A DNA stretch of 64,000 nucleotides from the human T2T-CHM13v2.0 reference genome, Homo sapiens. Below the pieces are notes generated by a model. That model ran no database searches, was not told the origin of the DNA, and worked only from the letters and a program-made list of their open reading frames with translations. The stretch lies in the NCBI RefSeq assembly GCF_009914755.1, contig NC_060929.1, one strand, 5' to 3'. The position numbers and the translations under genes are program-made. Positions 31,700 through 43,022 of the stretch are shown one piece after another. Each line of letters starts with the position of its first letter. Within the stretch, counting starts at the first letter, position 1.

Positions 31700-32890
31700 G
31701 TATTCATAGTACTTGCACTTCCTCCTTCCCAGGTGTAAGGAACATGATATTACCAATATAGTGGGCCAACATCATACTCTGCTCAATAATAGGATGATCA
31801 AGGACTCTTCAGACCATGACACAAAGCAGAAAAGGTAACTTAGTCCTTGAGTAAGACCTTGAATGTGAACCGCTGCCTGCGCCAAGGGAATACTCTGCTC
31901 CTTCTTCCGGATGAAAAGAATGCATTTGCCAAATAATAGCTACATAAAACTGCCAAAGACTAAGTTGATCTCTTCTAGTAAAGATTCCATATCACCCACA
32001 GCAGTTGAGATCAGCATTACCTCATGCTTAAGTGATGTTAGACCACTAACATTTGACACAATCCATCTGATTTTTGCAAAGACCTAACTGGTAAATTAAA
32101 TGAAACTGTGATAGAGACCATCACCTTTAAGTCTCTGAGAGTGACACACTCTTCACCATTCTGCCTAGGATGTGGTACTACTTCCTATTTACCATCTTGG
32201 TTGGGCTTGAGGCAGTTTTAAGGACTTTCAGTTGTCCTCTCTTACCATAATGGCTCTTTGTTCATCGTCTAGAGCCTAATGTGGGTTTCTGTCAGTTACC
32301 AAGAATATTCATCTTGACTGTAGGTCAGAAAAATGACCACAGACTGGGTTTGTGGACCCACTGCAACCAGTGTGAAACAATTTGGGCCAGGACTTCATTT
32401 ATCACCCAGCATTTGTATACCTCCACTCTATCAGGAGAGCCATAACCGTGTCTGAGCTGCCCTGGTGTCAGCGTTGGCTCAGATCTTGTATTTAACAGCA
32501 CTCAAAAGCTCTGGCAGGTCACCCTTTTCTCAGGGTACAGTTGCTCTCACAAATTTTAGGATTGGATTGGAGGAAATTACACTGAATATACCAAAGGAAG
32601 AAATATACTTTTCTCAGGACCCAGGATCCCCTTCAGTTGATGGGCTTCAGTATGAGACATGGCTCCGTTCTAGAAACTGGGTGAAGGGTTATTATTTTCC
32701 ATTGATATTAGCTCTGTTCACCCAAGCTTAATTTAATTTTGTGTGTAAGTGAAGCTATACTATTATTGCCTGCCTATCTACCTCACTCCCAAGAACAACA
32801 TGGTCTATTAGCCATACCCATAGACCCCATAGACTTGAACATGTCATAAGATAATATTGCAACAAATTCAGTTCAAAGGTCTCAATTCGC
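31700..32890 (-). pseudogene. Decayed ERVL internal region (protease and RT)
   Basis: Minus-strand relics: LLNTRSEPTLTPG (protease LLDTGSE motif, about 32460-32498), LANAFFS (about 31913-31933), and HYIGNI (YIDD motif, about 31746-31763). Confidence 0.75.
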
Positions 32891-32899
32891 TTTTATTTG

Positions 32900-33268
32900 T
32901 GATTCTAGAATTCTATTTTATAGAATGAGGTGTTCTCATGAGCTGAAGAGAGGAAAGCTTGACTTTATAGGCAGAAAGGGGCTGAGAAAAGCAGAAATAG
33001 AGAATAAAAAGCAAATTGGTCAATATGAAGTGGCTTTCCTTCTAAAAATTAAAGCAAAGAGGGCTTCCTTATCATGCCTGCTAAAACTGGCTTGTTACAG
33101 GGATTTGGCTATTGTTTCTCCTGATTTCTTGGAAGGCCAGATAGATGACTTAATTTTGACTTGATAACATAGAGTCTCAGCATTGGAAACTCTATGTTGG
33201 TTTGTTCTGTTGGGCCTAATGCAGGAGCTCAGTTCAGACTCATGACCTCTCATAAATTTTATTTAACA
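32900..33268 (-). mobile_element. ERV1 LTR (MER31/MER67-like)
   Basis: Minus strand begins tgttaaataaaatttatgagaggtcatgagtctgaactgagctcctgcattaggcccaacag. Confidence 0.75.
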
Positions 33269-33346
33269 AACCTGAGCTAAAACCATAAAACCCCTACATG
33301 AAAACATGTAAATAAATCTTTGTAACCTTGTGTTAGGCAATGGCTC

Positions 33347-33752
33347 ATTAAAATGAAAAAACTTTGGATAAATTAAATTTAATGGAGTTTAATTGAGCAA
33401 AGAACAATTCTCAAATAGAGCAGCCACCAGATTTGGAATAGGTTCACAGTGACACCAGGGCTGCCACATGGTCAGATAATATTTATAGACAGAAATGGGA
33501 AAGTGATATACAGAAAACAGAAGTGAAGTACAGAAACAACTGGATTGGTTACAACTCAGCATTTTCTTTATTTGACCTTGCTTTGAACAGTTGGCTGCCT
33601 GTGATTGGCTGAGACTATGTGATTGTACAACAGTAAGTAAGTTACAGTCATTTACACATCCAGTTAGATTACAGTTTACTATGTATGCAGAAACCTTTAG
33701 GCTGAACTTAAAATAGGTACAGAGATAGTTTTATGTTAAACTTAATTTGACA
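33347..33752 (-). mobile_element. MER57-like ERV1 LTR
   Basis: Minus strand begins tgtcaaattaagtttaacataaaac...ttttaagttcagcctaaaggtttct and carries CCAAT boxes (gattggct, gattggtt on +). Confidence 0.8.
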
Positions 33753-34452
33753 ATTATCCTGTTTTGGTCAACATCTCAATTTTGCAGGATTGACTAAAAC
33801 GTTAGGCATTGACATCACTTTGTCACCTTTGTAAATTGACTTATTTGGTCTCAAATCCCACTGGGAAATAGACAGAATTGTCAGTTTTGCAAGGTGGGAA
33901 CAAGGAAACAGAACAATAGAAAAAAACTGATTGGTAACTTCAGGTTACTTTCTTGTAAGTGTTAGAACGGAGGAGACTTTCATATTATTATGGAGTCTCC
34001 TGCTTTTAGGAAGACCTACATGGTATTTTGAGATCTATATGCTTCCTTAAAGTTTCAGTTTGTTTACACTGCATTTAGCATGAGAGACTCCATTTTTGTT
34101 TGGTCTGGTCTATTGGGGCCTAGTGCAGGAGCTCAATCCAGAAAAATGGCCTCCCATAATTTTGTTTAACAATTCCTCTCTTTTGGTCACATTCTCACCT
34201 GAGAACGTGACCAAAACTTAAGGCTTTAGTGCTACTCTCAGTTACCATTTTGGGGAGCTGCCAGTCTCAATAAATCATTCACAGGCCACAGTGTCCTCAT
34301 GGTCATGCATTTCTTTGAGTTTTTGTTATTCTGGTCAAAGAGAGACCATTTGACACTCTACGGATGGCTGCATGCAAACATTTAAAACATTTGAGAGAAT
34401 ACGGCACACCAGGGAGACTACTGTTATGACCACCAGGAGGATAATACCAAGA
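33753..34452 (-). mobile_element. ERV1 internal 3' stub, partial MER31-like LTR, and a second internal 3' end
   Basis: LTR start tgttaaacaaaattatgggaggcc at 34171 is preceded on minus by a polypurine tract (aaaagagaggaat) and MER4-group-like internal sequence. Confidence 0.7.
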
Positions 34453-34579
34453 CCAGCTGGTTATATTTTAAATAAATGTTTTCAAAAACATCTCTAATGT
34501 GCTTTTGTTATCCCCTATGCCTCACACCACTTCTTTAAAGATATTCATTAAATAATTAGAATGGTATTATTTCATGTTT

Positions 34580-34808
34580 GTATGGAGTATTACAGTTTAC
34601 AAGATATTTTCATATTATAACATCTTACAATCACCACAAGTCCACAAGGCATGTAGGGGAATTATTTTTTATATGAATATTATAGATTAGGAAATTCAGA
34701 CTCAGAATATATGACATCCCAATCATTTATATAGTTATGACTGGCAGAGCTAATATTCAAGGCAGGATCTCCCAACTCCAAGTTTAATGTGTTCCTCCTA
34801 CACCACAG
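34580..34808 (-). mobile_element. MIR
   Basis: ttacagtttacaag...tagattaggaaattcagactcaga...ggcagagctaatattcaaggcagg...aactccaag. Confidence 0.7.
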
Positions 34809-34874
34809 GACTTCTTTAGTTAGAACAACCCAACAAGGGGATTACAATTTGAACAAATGATTTACACCTATGCA

Positions 34875-35095
34875 AGAGATGAGGCCATGAGCTGAGAAAA
34901 AATGCAATATTTAGGTTGTATTCTTTGTTATTTAAAGTATAGGGGTCAAAAATAAGCAAGACAATTGCCCACTCTGCATTGTTTTGTTAAAAAGAAAAAT
35001 CTAGAGTGTTACGTTCAGGTCGGTTCTCAATACCAATATTCAAGAGTTATGTCAACAGAATAAAAGCAGTGCTTCTACCAGAAGAGTAGAGAAAA
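34875..35095 (+). mobile_element. CR1/L3 LINE fragment
   Basis: aatgcaatatttaggttgtatt...aagtatagggg...cccactctgcattg...tctagagtgttacgttcagg resembles the CR1 ORF2 3' region. Confidence 0.55.
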
Positions 35096-36089
35096 TATTA
35101 ACGGTAAAGAGAAGTCAGGTAGATAAACCCTCCACTTCACACCACAGCATAACCAGATATATTAAGGGTAGCTGGCTGCAACCATACGATTTCAGTTTTT
35201 TAAAGCATGACCCTGTGTTAATAGCCTAAGTATCCTCAACTCTTCCACCCTTTTTGGGCTTCCCTCCCCTACATTTAATGATTTAAATTTTTAAAAATGA
35301 TCTCATCTCACAAAATAGTGAATAGAAAATCCAATGTCAACCCCAACCCCAAACATCTTCAAGGATCTCTGTAGTATTATTGCTCTCTTGCTCACTCTCT
35401 TGACCCAGTTGTAAAATGTGGCCCTCTTTTTCATCATTTCTCTCCAAAATATTGATCATAAAAAGCACTACTAGATAAAACGCAGTGTGTGGAATAGATT
35501 TTAACTGCAGGTTAAGTGGAATGTGTATGAAGGTAGACGGGAATACACGGAAGCATCATGAAAAACAAAAAACTAAAAATGTAGTCCCAATATCCCTACT
35601 CCTTAACCGCTTTTGCCATTACCTTCACAGAGATTTCTTTTCCATAGTACATACTCTCTTTTCAGGCTCTGGCCTCTGGCCATCTCACTTCACCTCTTGC
35701 CTTCTGCTTTCTTTCTTCCCTATCACTTCTCCTTTACTCTCTCCCTCTTAGAAAGCTATTGAGAAAAAACACCTCACGCAGAGGACTCACCTTCCAGACC
35801 ACATCCTGGGGCCTATCTTTTCACACTCAAATTGAACAATTGTTTGCTTCCCTAAGAAAATAAAATTATCTCCCAAAGAAGTGGGATGAAAACTTTTAGA
35901 ATTACCTAATTTTCTCCCATCAAAGAAATCCTAATTTTTATCTTAGAAATTCCAGAATTTCTAGTAGAAATGTTATATTCTACTCTACAAAATACCCATC
36001 TTTGATGTAAAGTATTTTTTTAAGCAATGTATAATCAAGTAAAATTAATACTTTGAATACATTCACAGAGAAGAACTGAGACAAATAAA

Positions 36090-36312
36090 TGGAAGTTATG
36101 GGATAGTAGTGATTTGCTCAAAAGAAGTTAAACTGCTCACTGGAGCTATCTGAGGTCTCATGAGCTAGAGGTATCCAAAACTGGAAATAGTCAAAAAGAT
36201 ATAGACAATGACCCATGGGACAGAGTCCCATGATTCTCAGAGACAATCACCCATTCTGTAAAGAGCTGGACTCAACAATGTCTAAGGTCCCTTCCAACCC
36301 TCAGAATCTGTT
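36090..36312 (+). mobile_element. CR1/L3 3' end
   Basis: Terminal tctaaggtcccttccaaccctcagaatctg. Confidence 0.55.
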
Positions 36313-37059
36313 TTCCAAGTCTCAATCACTCAAGGCATGGGTCTTTGCACACTTGCAGTCCGTCCTGTGGTTTACAGGATAACTTCATTGTTTGGCTCAA
36401 AGTCTTTTCTACATCCAAATATTTATACTTAATATTCAAAGAATAACATCAAAGCACATTAAAAATTCCAATATAGAAACATTTAAGGAGCTGTTCACAC
36501 CTCTAACCTGCTTTATTGATTTGTATTGCTGTGCATAAACAAGATACAGTTACATTAATTATTGATATACGGACTATTGATAAGAAAACACTTTCTTCTA
36601 AATATAATCTTTTCTAATTAGGTATGAGTTAAGAAGAGTTAAGGAGAAAAGAAAGACAACCTTCAAATATCAGCTGATTCACACACAAAAATAAATAATA
36701 AGCTCTGTGTAGAAATTGTATATTTGAGAATTCATGTTATAGAACCTTCAGTCTAGAGGAAAAATCATACACCTTAAAAAATGTTTTTCAAAAGTCTTCA
36801 TGTTATTCAAAATTATATGGTGATTAGAGTATTGTCAGGTGAGACCAACAATTTAAATGAAATAAACACAGTTTTTGTTTCCTGACCCTGAAAATCAAGT
36901 GGAAGTTATGAAATCCAGAATATTTCATATGCATGTCCTTGGCAATACAATGTGAAAATGGTTGGGTATCCAAACTGCTTTGAATTTCAGATAGTTTTCT
37001 TATAACAAATTCAAGTTATCTTCAAGATTTTACAAGCCAACTTTTCTAGATATAGATTT

Positions 37060-38000
37060 ATTTATTCAACCAGCCAACATTTACTAAGTATCTTCTAAGG
37101 ACACAGAAAGCTATTTCTACTAATACCATGAAAAGCAGCAAACAACATTTATTACACACTTACTATGCACCAGGCACAGTTATCCATTTTACTTGCATTA
37201 TATTTTTGTAATCAATAATCTATCATAATAGACACAGAAACCAAAGCTGGCCTTGATCACCTATTTGATTAATAGATCTGCACAACTCCAATGCTCCATT
37301 CTTAACCATTATTCTATATCCCCGACCTACACAAAAAGATGATCCAATAGAGACAACACAGTAAAATTCTTTGGTAGAGGCAAACATAGAATGCAAGAAA
37401 AAGCCCCTAACTCTACCTAGGAAGGTGGTAACTGAGTCAAAGACAGAGGTTATTTGAAGACTCATCAGGAAAGGTAATGTTTGATCTGAATCACAAGGAA
37501 AGACTTGGAGTTATCCAGAAGATTGAAGATAATGTGAAAAGTCCAGAGTCATGCAAGAGAAGAATATATATGAGAATCTGCATTTCAGGGTAGCTGAAAT
37601 GGGAATCATGGGAGATTAAAATAAACAGGTAGGTGGGAGGCATCAGTCATTATTACAAACTTTGACTTGCCAATAAATTTGATTTATTTAAAGATAATAA
37701 AAATCACTGAAGAATCTTAAGCAGGGGAATTAAGTGATCAAATATATATATTTAAGAAAGATCATTTTACTTGTCTTCATTGGGCAATAGATATGGAGGA
37801 AAGAAGATGGACTCAAGACATAGGTGTAAGGGATCAGTCAGATGAGGAGAGGGAAACAGACAGAGGGACTGTAAGAATGTCCAGGTTTCTGGCCTAGACA
37901 ACTGGGTTGATGGTAGTGCATTTACTGCAGTAATGAAGACAGTCGATGGAGCAACTACATGGTAAAATACATGTTCTGTTCTACTTTGGATTGTCGGGAC
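37060..38000 (-). mobile_element. L2 fragments with an embedded MIR (about 37130-37320)
   Basis: ttcaaccagccaacatttactaagt; acatttattacacacttactatgcaccaggcacag; ccaggtttctggcctagacaactgggttgatggtagtgcatttact. Confidence 0.7.
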
Positions 38001-38199
38001 CTAAATTGGAGATTTGAATCACTGTGAATTTCAAAGATCTAATCAAGATTCCTTAGCTTTTTACTCAGAGGCCAAACTCAGAAATCAAAAGAGTAGAAGA
38101 GTAGAAACAACAGCATTTTGTTTCTAAACTTTCATCCCTTTTAAACTTGGAGAACAAAGGGAAAGGGGAGGCAGAGAGACAAATACTCTGAGTTTGCTC

Positions 38200-38235
<36 letters not shown>

Positions 38236-38247
38236 ATTTATCTCTCT
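38200..38247. repeat. (TC)n microsatellite
   Basis: ctctctctctctctctctctctctctctct. Confidence 0.95.
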
Positions 38248-39124
38248 GGGTTTATTTGCTGCTAGCAGAGGAAGAGGTATCTTACAGGTGGTAAAAATGA
38301 TCAGCGCTTGTGAAGACTTGAGTGGATACTAGGGACATGTGATCCAGAATTCCTAGGTGAAAGCAGTCTGTAATAATGTTGGGGGCTTGTTTAAAGAGTC
38401 TACTTACTCAAGTGAGTATAACTGCCATATTCAAAGATAGCCAGAGCTTTGGACTCTGAATCTACTACCTTGACAATTGGATCCTTCTTTGTACTACAGA
38501 TAATTTTCCTGTGATTTCTGTCATCCCCAACTTACAAACATTTTTGCTAATGCCTTGTCTGTCATCATCTTGTAGTTTGATGAGGTGTTTTTGGCCCATG
38601 TAAAATATCTGACTAATGGAAACAGAGCTACTGCTAGCACATACATAGAAGATAATCTCTCCTTCAGGCATGCCTATTACACAACAGCAACTCTTTGGAG
38701 AGTGAGTTATTAAATGTCCTGCTTGGGGTAGACAAACTAGCAAAAGGTGCCTCCTTCCTAGGGACTGATATAATTGTATGCCAGTGTATATGTTCCAGTC
38801 TCCAGCCAGCCAGTCAAGCCAGCATAAGCATGCATGGGGGTCTTCCATACAACACCCTACTTTATAATCTTTATAAACAAAGGAAATTCAATATTCCACA
38901 TCCCCAATGCCATTGCATTGCATGACTCCAGGAGACACCAAGTGCGTGGAAAGGTTGTGATGGTCCCCCTGGAGTTGCGCTACGTGGAAGCCCTCCAGAT
39001 ATTCTATCCCATCCAATTATTATGTAATTTTGTGGGTAGTTACTGGGGTGGGAATTCTCTGACAAATGAGATTTTTTCCCAACCCTTTCCTACTACACAT
39101 TGTTCAACAGGCCTCTGATCTAGT

Positions 39125-39835
39125 AATTTTAATTCTACCTCCAAATTCTATCTTGAATCTATGTCATTCTCTCCATCTCCATCTTCTATTCTGAGGCTCT
39201 ATCCTCTCTCACCTAGACCAGGGTTCTCATGTGTCCATTATGCTCTCATCTCCAGTACATTTCTCACAGTGAGCTAGAATGATATTATTTAAACAGACCT
39301 CTGGTTATTTCACCCCTTCTTAAAAACCATCGATGGATATGCATTTCTCTTAAAGTAAAATCCTCAATCCTATGGCCAGCAAAGTCTCTGCATAGTCTTC
39401 TTCTGTGTTCCTCTCCAGCCTCATCTCCTATCACCCACTGTCTCACACTATCCTGCAGGCACATGTGCCTTCTTTCAGTTATTTAGGCTGCCAGACTCTT
39501 TCCTGTCTCAGAATATTTGCATGTGCTATTGTCTTTGTCTGAAATTCTCTTCCTCCCAACGTTTCATCAGGTTACCCCTGCTCATTCTTTGGGTTCTAAC
39601 ATTATTGCTACTTCCCCAGAGGAGTTTCTTGATCTAAATCAAGTCCCATAATGAGAAGTGGTAATCTCTCACCGTCTCCTGTGCTATGCTGAATACTAAT
39701 CACAATGCATTATTTCTGTTATTTATTAACTGCCTCTCCCCAGGTTGTAAGCGCCACCAAGATGGGGGCTACGCCTGTTCTGTTGACCACTGGATCCTCT
39801 GTATCTAGCATGGTGCCTGCTATATTTGATGGATA
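39125..39835 (+). mobile_element. L2 LINE 3' region
   Basis: ttctacctccaaa...ctctccagcctcatctc...tttgcatgtgctattgtctttgtctgaaa...tctagcatggtgcctg. Confidence 0.85.
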
Positions 39836-41382
39836 ACAGCGTAGGTAACAGGTTGAGAGAGCTGGGCTGAAGACATATTTTTAGTTCTTAGCAAGTAACA
39901 GACAGATAAAATTGCTGGAAAACATTAATAGTAAAAAGAAAAGATGGCCAAAGACAGAATTCTAGAGAACTCCCTCTGGGTAGACAGCCTATGCCAAAGC
40001 AAGTCAATTCCCAGCTACCCAGATGAAAAATAAAAATCTACGTGAAGATAATAGTAGTATGGATGGCAGTGGCATTGAAGGTAGCAGGGATGTTGGCAAC
40101 AGCAATAAAGAGGAATTTTTATTTTCTACTTACCATTTGCTGCACAATTTCACTAACTTATTTTGATGTCAAACTTTATCACAGCTGAGTTCTGCCTTCT
40201 AAGCATATAAACTATAGAATATAAAATTTGCCTCTTTGAAAACCATAGGCAGTTTGACAATATATTTGAATTAATTAACCTCTTAACTCTGGTACAAGTC
40301 CATATTCACAAGTATGACAATGATTAAGTTAATGAGTTAATCATTCCCTTCTAGTTACAGTCTTTCTTAATTAGTTGATTTAAATTGGGGAGTGGGAGGA
40401 GGAAGGAGAAGAATCTTCTGTGGAGTCTATTTTCATAGTGCCAGATAAGATTTCTAAAGGCTTTTTTTTTGAAAGATGCAGAAATGTAGACATCTTTTCA
40501 ATACTGTTTATAATTTTTTAAGCTACCAAGTCCTACTAAGCCGATTATCATATTTTAGCAAAAGAAATTGCTTGGCAAGTACTTCCTAAGTGCCTGCCCT
40601 GCTGTGACCATACCCTTAATTTGGGCCCTACAGGGAACATGGGGAGGGGAGAGATGTGGCATGGGCTTTCCAGGATTGTGAATTTGAAGTTTGCTAGTCA
40701 TCTAACCAAAAATTAAGGGTGATGGACCATATCTCCAAGATCAGTTGCATTCTCTTACAGGGTTTTAGTTCATATGCAACACTTCTAGGTTTAAAAAAAA
40801 AAAGTGTCAAAATTTACTCGAATGTCACCATATGAATTAGACCAGGCCCTATAAATGTTCTATCATTACATTATGCAGACATTATTGAAATAATATTCTT
40901 AGTATTTTAGTATTTTCCTTTCTCATTTATGATTTTAAAAGCTCTCTCAAGTAACCTTAAATAAATGCTAGATGATAATCTCAAATTTCCACACTTCAAT
41001 AATTTCTCTGTCAGTGCACTCATAAGTGCAACGATTTTAAAATGTCTTTTCTTCTCATACAGTATGCATAATTGGAATGGTGCAAACTCATTCTGTACCT
41101 TTGGAGCTCGAGAGGCTTTTTAATTTTACATCCCTGTGTCTGTAACAGAAAGAAGCAGAAAGGTGAGTGATTCGGTAAAAGAGAACTCAGTTAAAGAACT
41201 TAGAAGATGATACCAGAGACTTATTGAGGCTCGTAAGAGAAGTGATTCAAATACTCGACTTCCCTCCTTCTTCTACGCCCTTCTGCTTCCTAAATTATTT
41301 CTCATTCACACACTCTCTCACCTCACCCCCATTGCCTCTTCCTTACCTATGTCTTCACATCCTAAAATAAAAATCTTACTGG

Positions 41383-41679
41383 GGCCAGGCATGGTGGTTC
41401 ATGCCTGTAATCCCAGCACTTTGGGCGGCCTTGGCAGGTGGATCACTTAAAGTCAGGAGCTCAAGACCAGCCTGGCCAACATGGTGAAACCCCGTCTCTA
41501 CTAAAAATACAAAAATTAGCCAGGCATGGTGGCGGGGACCTGTTATCCCACCTACTCAGGAGGCTGAGGCAGGAGAATCATTTGAACTCGGGAGGCAGAG
41601 GTTGCAGTGAGCCAAGATTGCACCACTGCACCCTAGCCTGGGTGATAGAGCGAGATTCTGTCTAAAAAAAAAAAAAAAA
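41383..41679 (+). mobile_element. AluS (Sx/Sz-like), full length
   Basis: Complete dimer with A-tail; TSD core cttactgg at 41375-41382 and 41680-41687. Confidence 0.96.
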
Positions 41680-42749
41680 CTTACTGGGTTGAATTACTTT
41701 TTTCTTTCCACAATTTTGTAATCAAACTCAAAACATATTTCAATTTAAACATTTTCAGGAATTTTTTAAATCTGTGCATTATGCTCCAGGGCCCCAAATT
41801 AGTCAAAATTGGAACTTCATGATGCTATCATTTGGAAGCATAGAAAAGAGAAATTTTACTTAGAAGTATTCTTAGATATTATCTAATTCTTTATGAATTT
41901 TTATAAATTATTTTCACCTTACAAATTAATATTAAGGCCTTATTGAGAGTGAATTTTCATAATTCTCTCCAGTGAACTTAAGTTCATTGTAATAAAGAAA
42001 AAAAGTTTTGTAAGGGCAGGAATGTACTGAAAACTTCTTGAAAAAGGCCAGTAATTCTAGGACTTCCACATGAGTCTACAAAAAGGTCTCATCATTCGGT
42101 TTCTACTTGGCCCAAACATTAGCCTTGGAAATGGAAATAGGATCTCAGGATAGCTCTTAAGTCCCTGATAGGACCAGGGAGAAGAAAAAAGGAGTGGGGG
42201 AAAGGAACCTAGGCACTGACCTTGCAAATCATCCTGTCATTTACTTTCTGATTTAAATGTTTTTCACATATTCTGAAAAAGAAATATAAGAATTGTATAT
42301 AAGAAATCAAGAATATAGTTCTGAAAGGTAAATACTATCTAGTGCTTTTCATTTTAATACAAAAAATTTTATAGTTTATACTTTTTATACTTATGTATTG
42401 TTATATTAATTCCTCATATTATTTCTGATGTTGTTTTTATACTTGATTGTAAGTGTCTTGAAGGCAGAGACCTTGGTGGAAGGCTTGTACATACTTCACA
42501 GGAATCACAGCGCACCAAGAACATATGTACTTGTATGTTAAGATAAAATAAAATCGTTACTTAAATTTTTAGTGCCATAGAGGGAAATTAAATAATTCAT
42601 ATTGACTTGGGGGGATTAACTTTACCTATATTTCAGCAAATAATTTGAACATGTGTTGAGAATCTTCTCTGATAACTTTACTCAAGTGTTTCTTATTTAT
42701 CTGTAATTTTAAAAACTAAAAATAACAGAGTATAATTCCAGTCTAACTT

Positions 42750-42930
42750 TGTGTATGTAGATGTATATATACACATGTATATACATATATACACATTATA
42801 TGTATATATATGTGCATATATATGAGGGAATGTGTATATATGTATATATATGCGCATATATACATATATACACATTCCATCATATATATATATACACACT
42901 CTTATATATGAGAATATATGAGAGAATGTG

Positions 42931-42998
<68 letters not shown>

Positions 42999-43022
42999 CG
43001 TATGTATGCATGTATATGTATA
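42750..43022. repeat. Compound (TA)/(CA)/(TG) microsatellite
   Basis: Mixed TATA/CATA repeats, then (TG)n at about 42937-42972 and (TA)n to about 42998. Confidence 0.95.
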
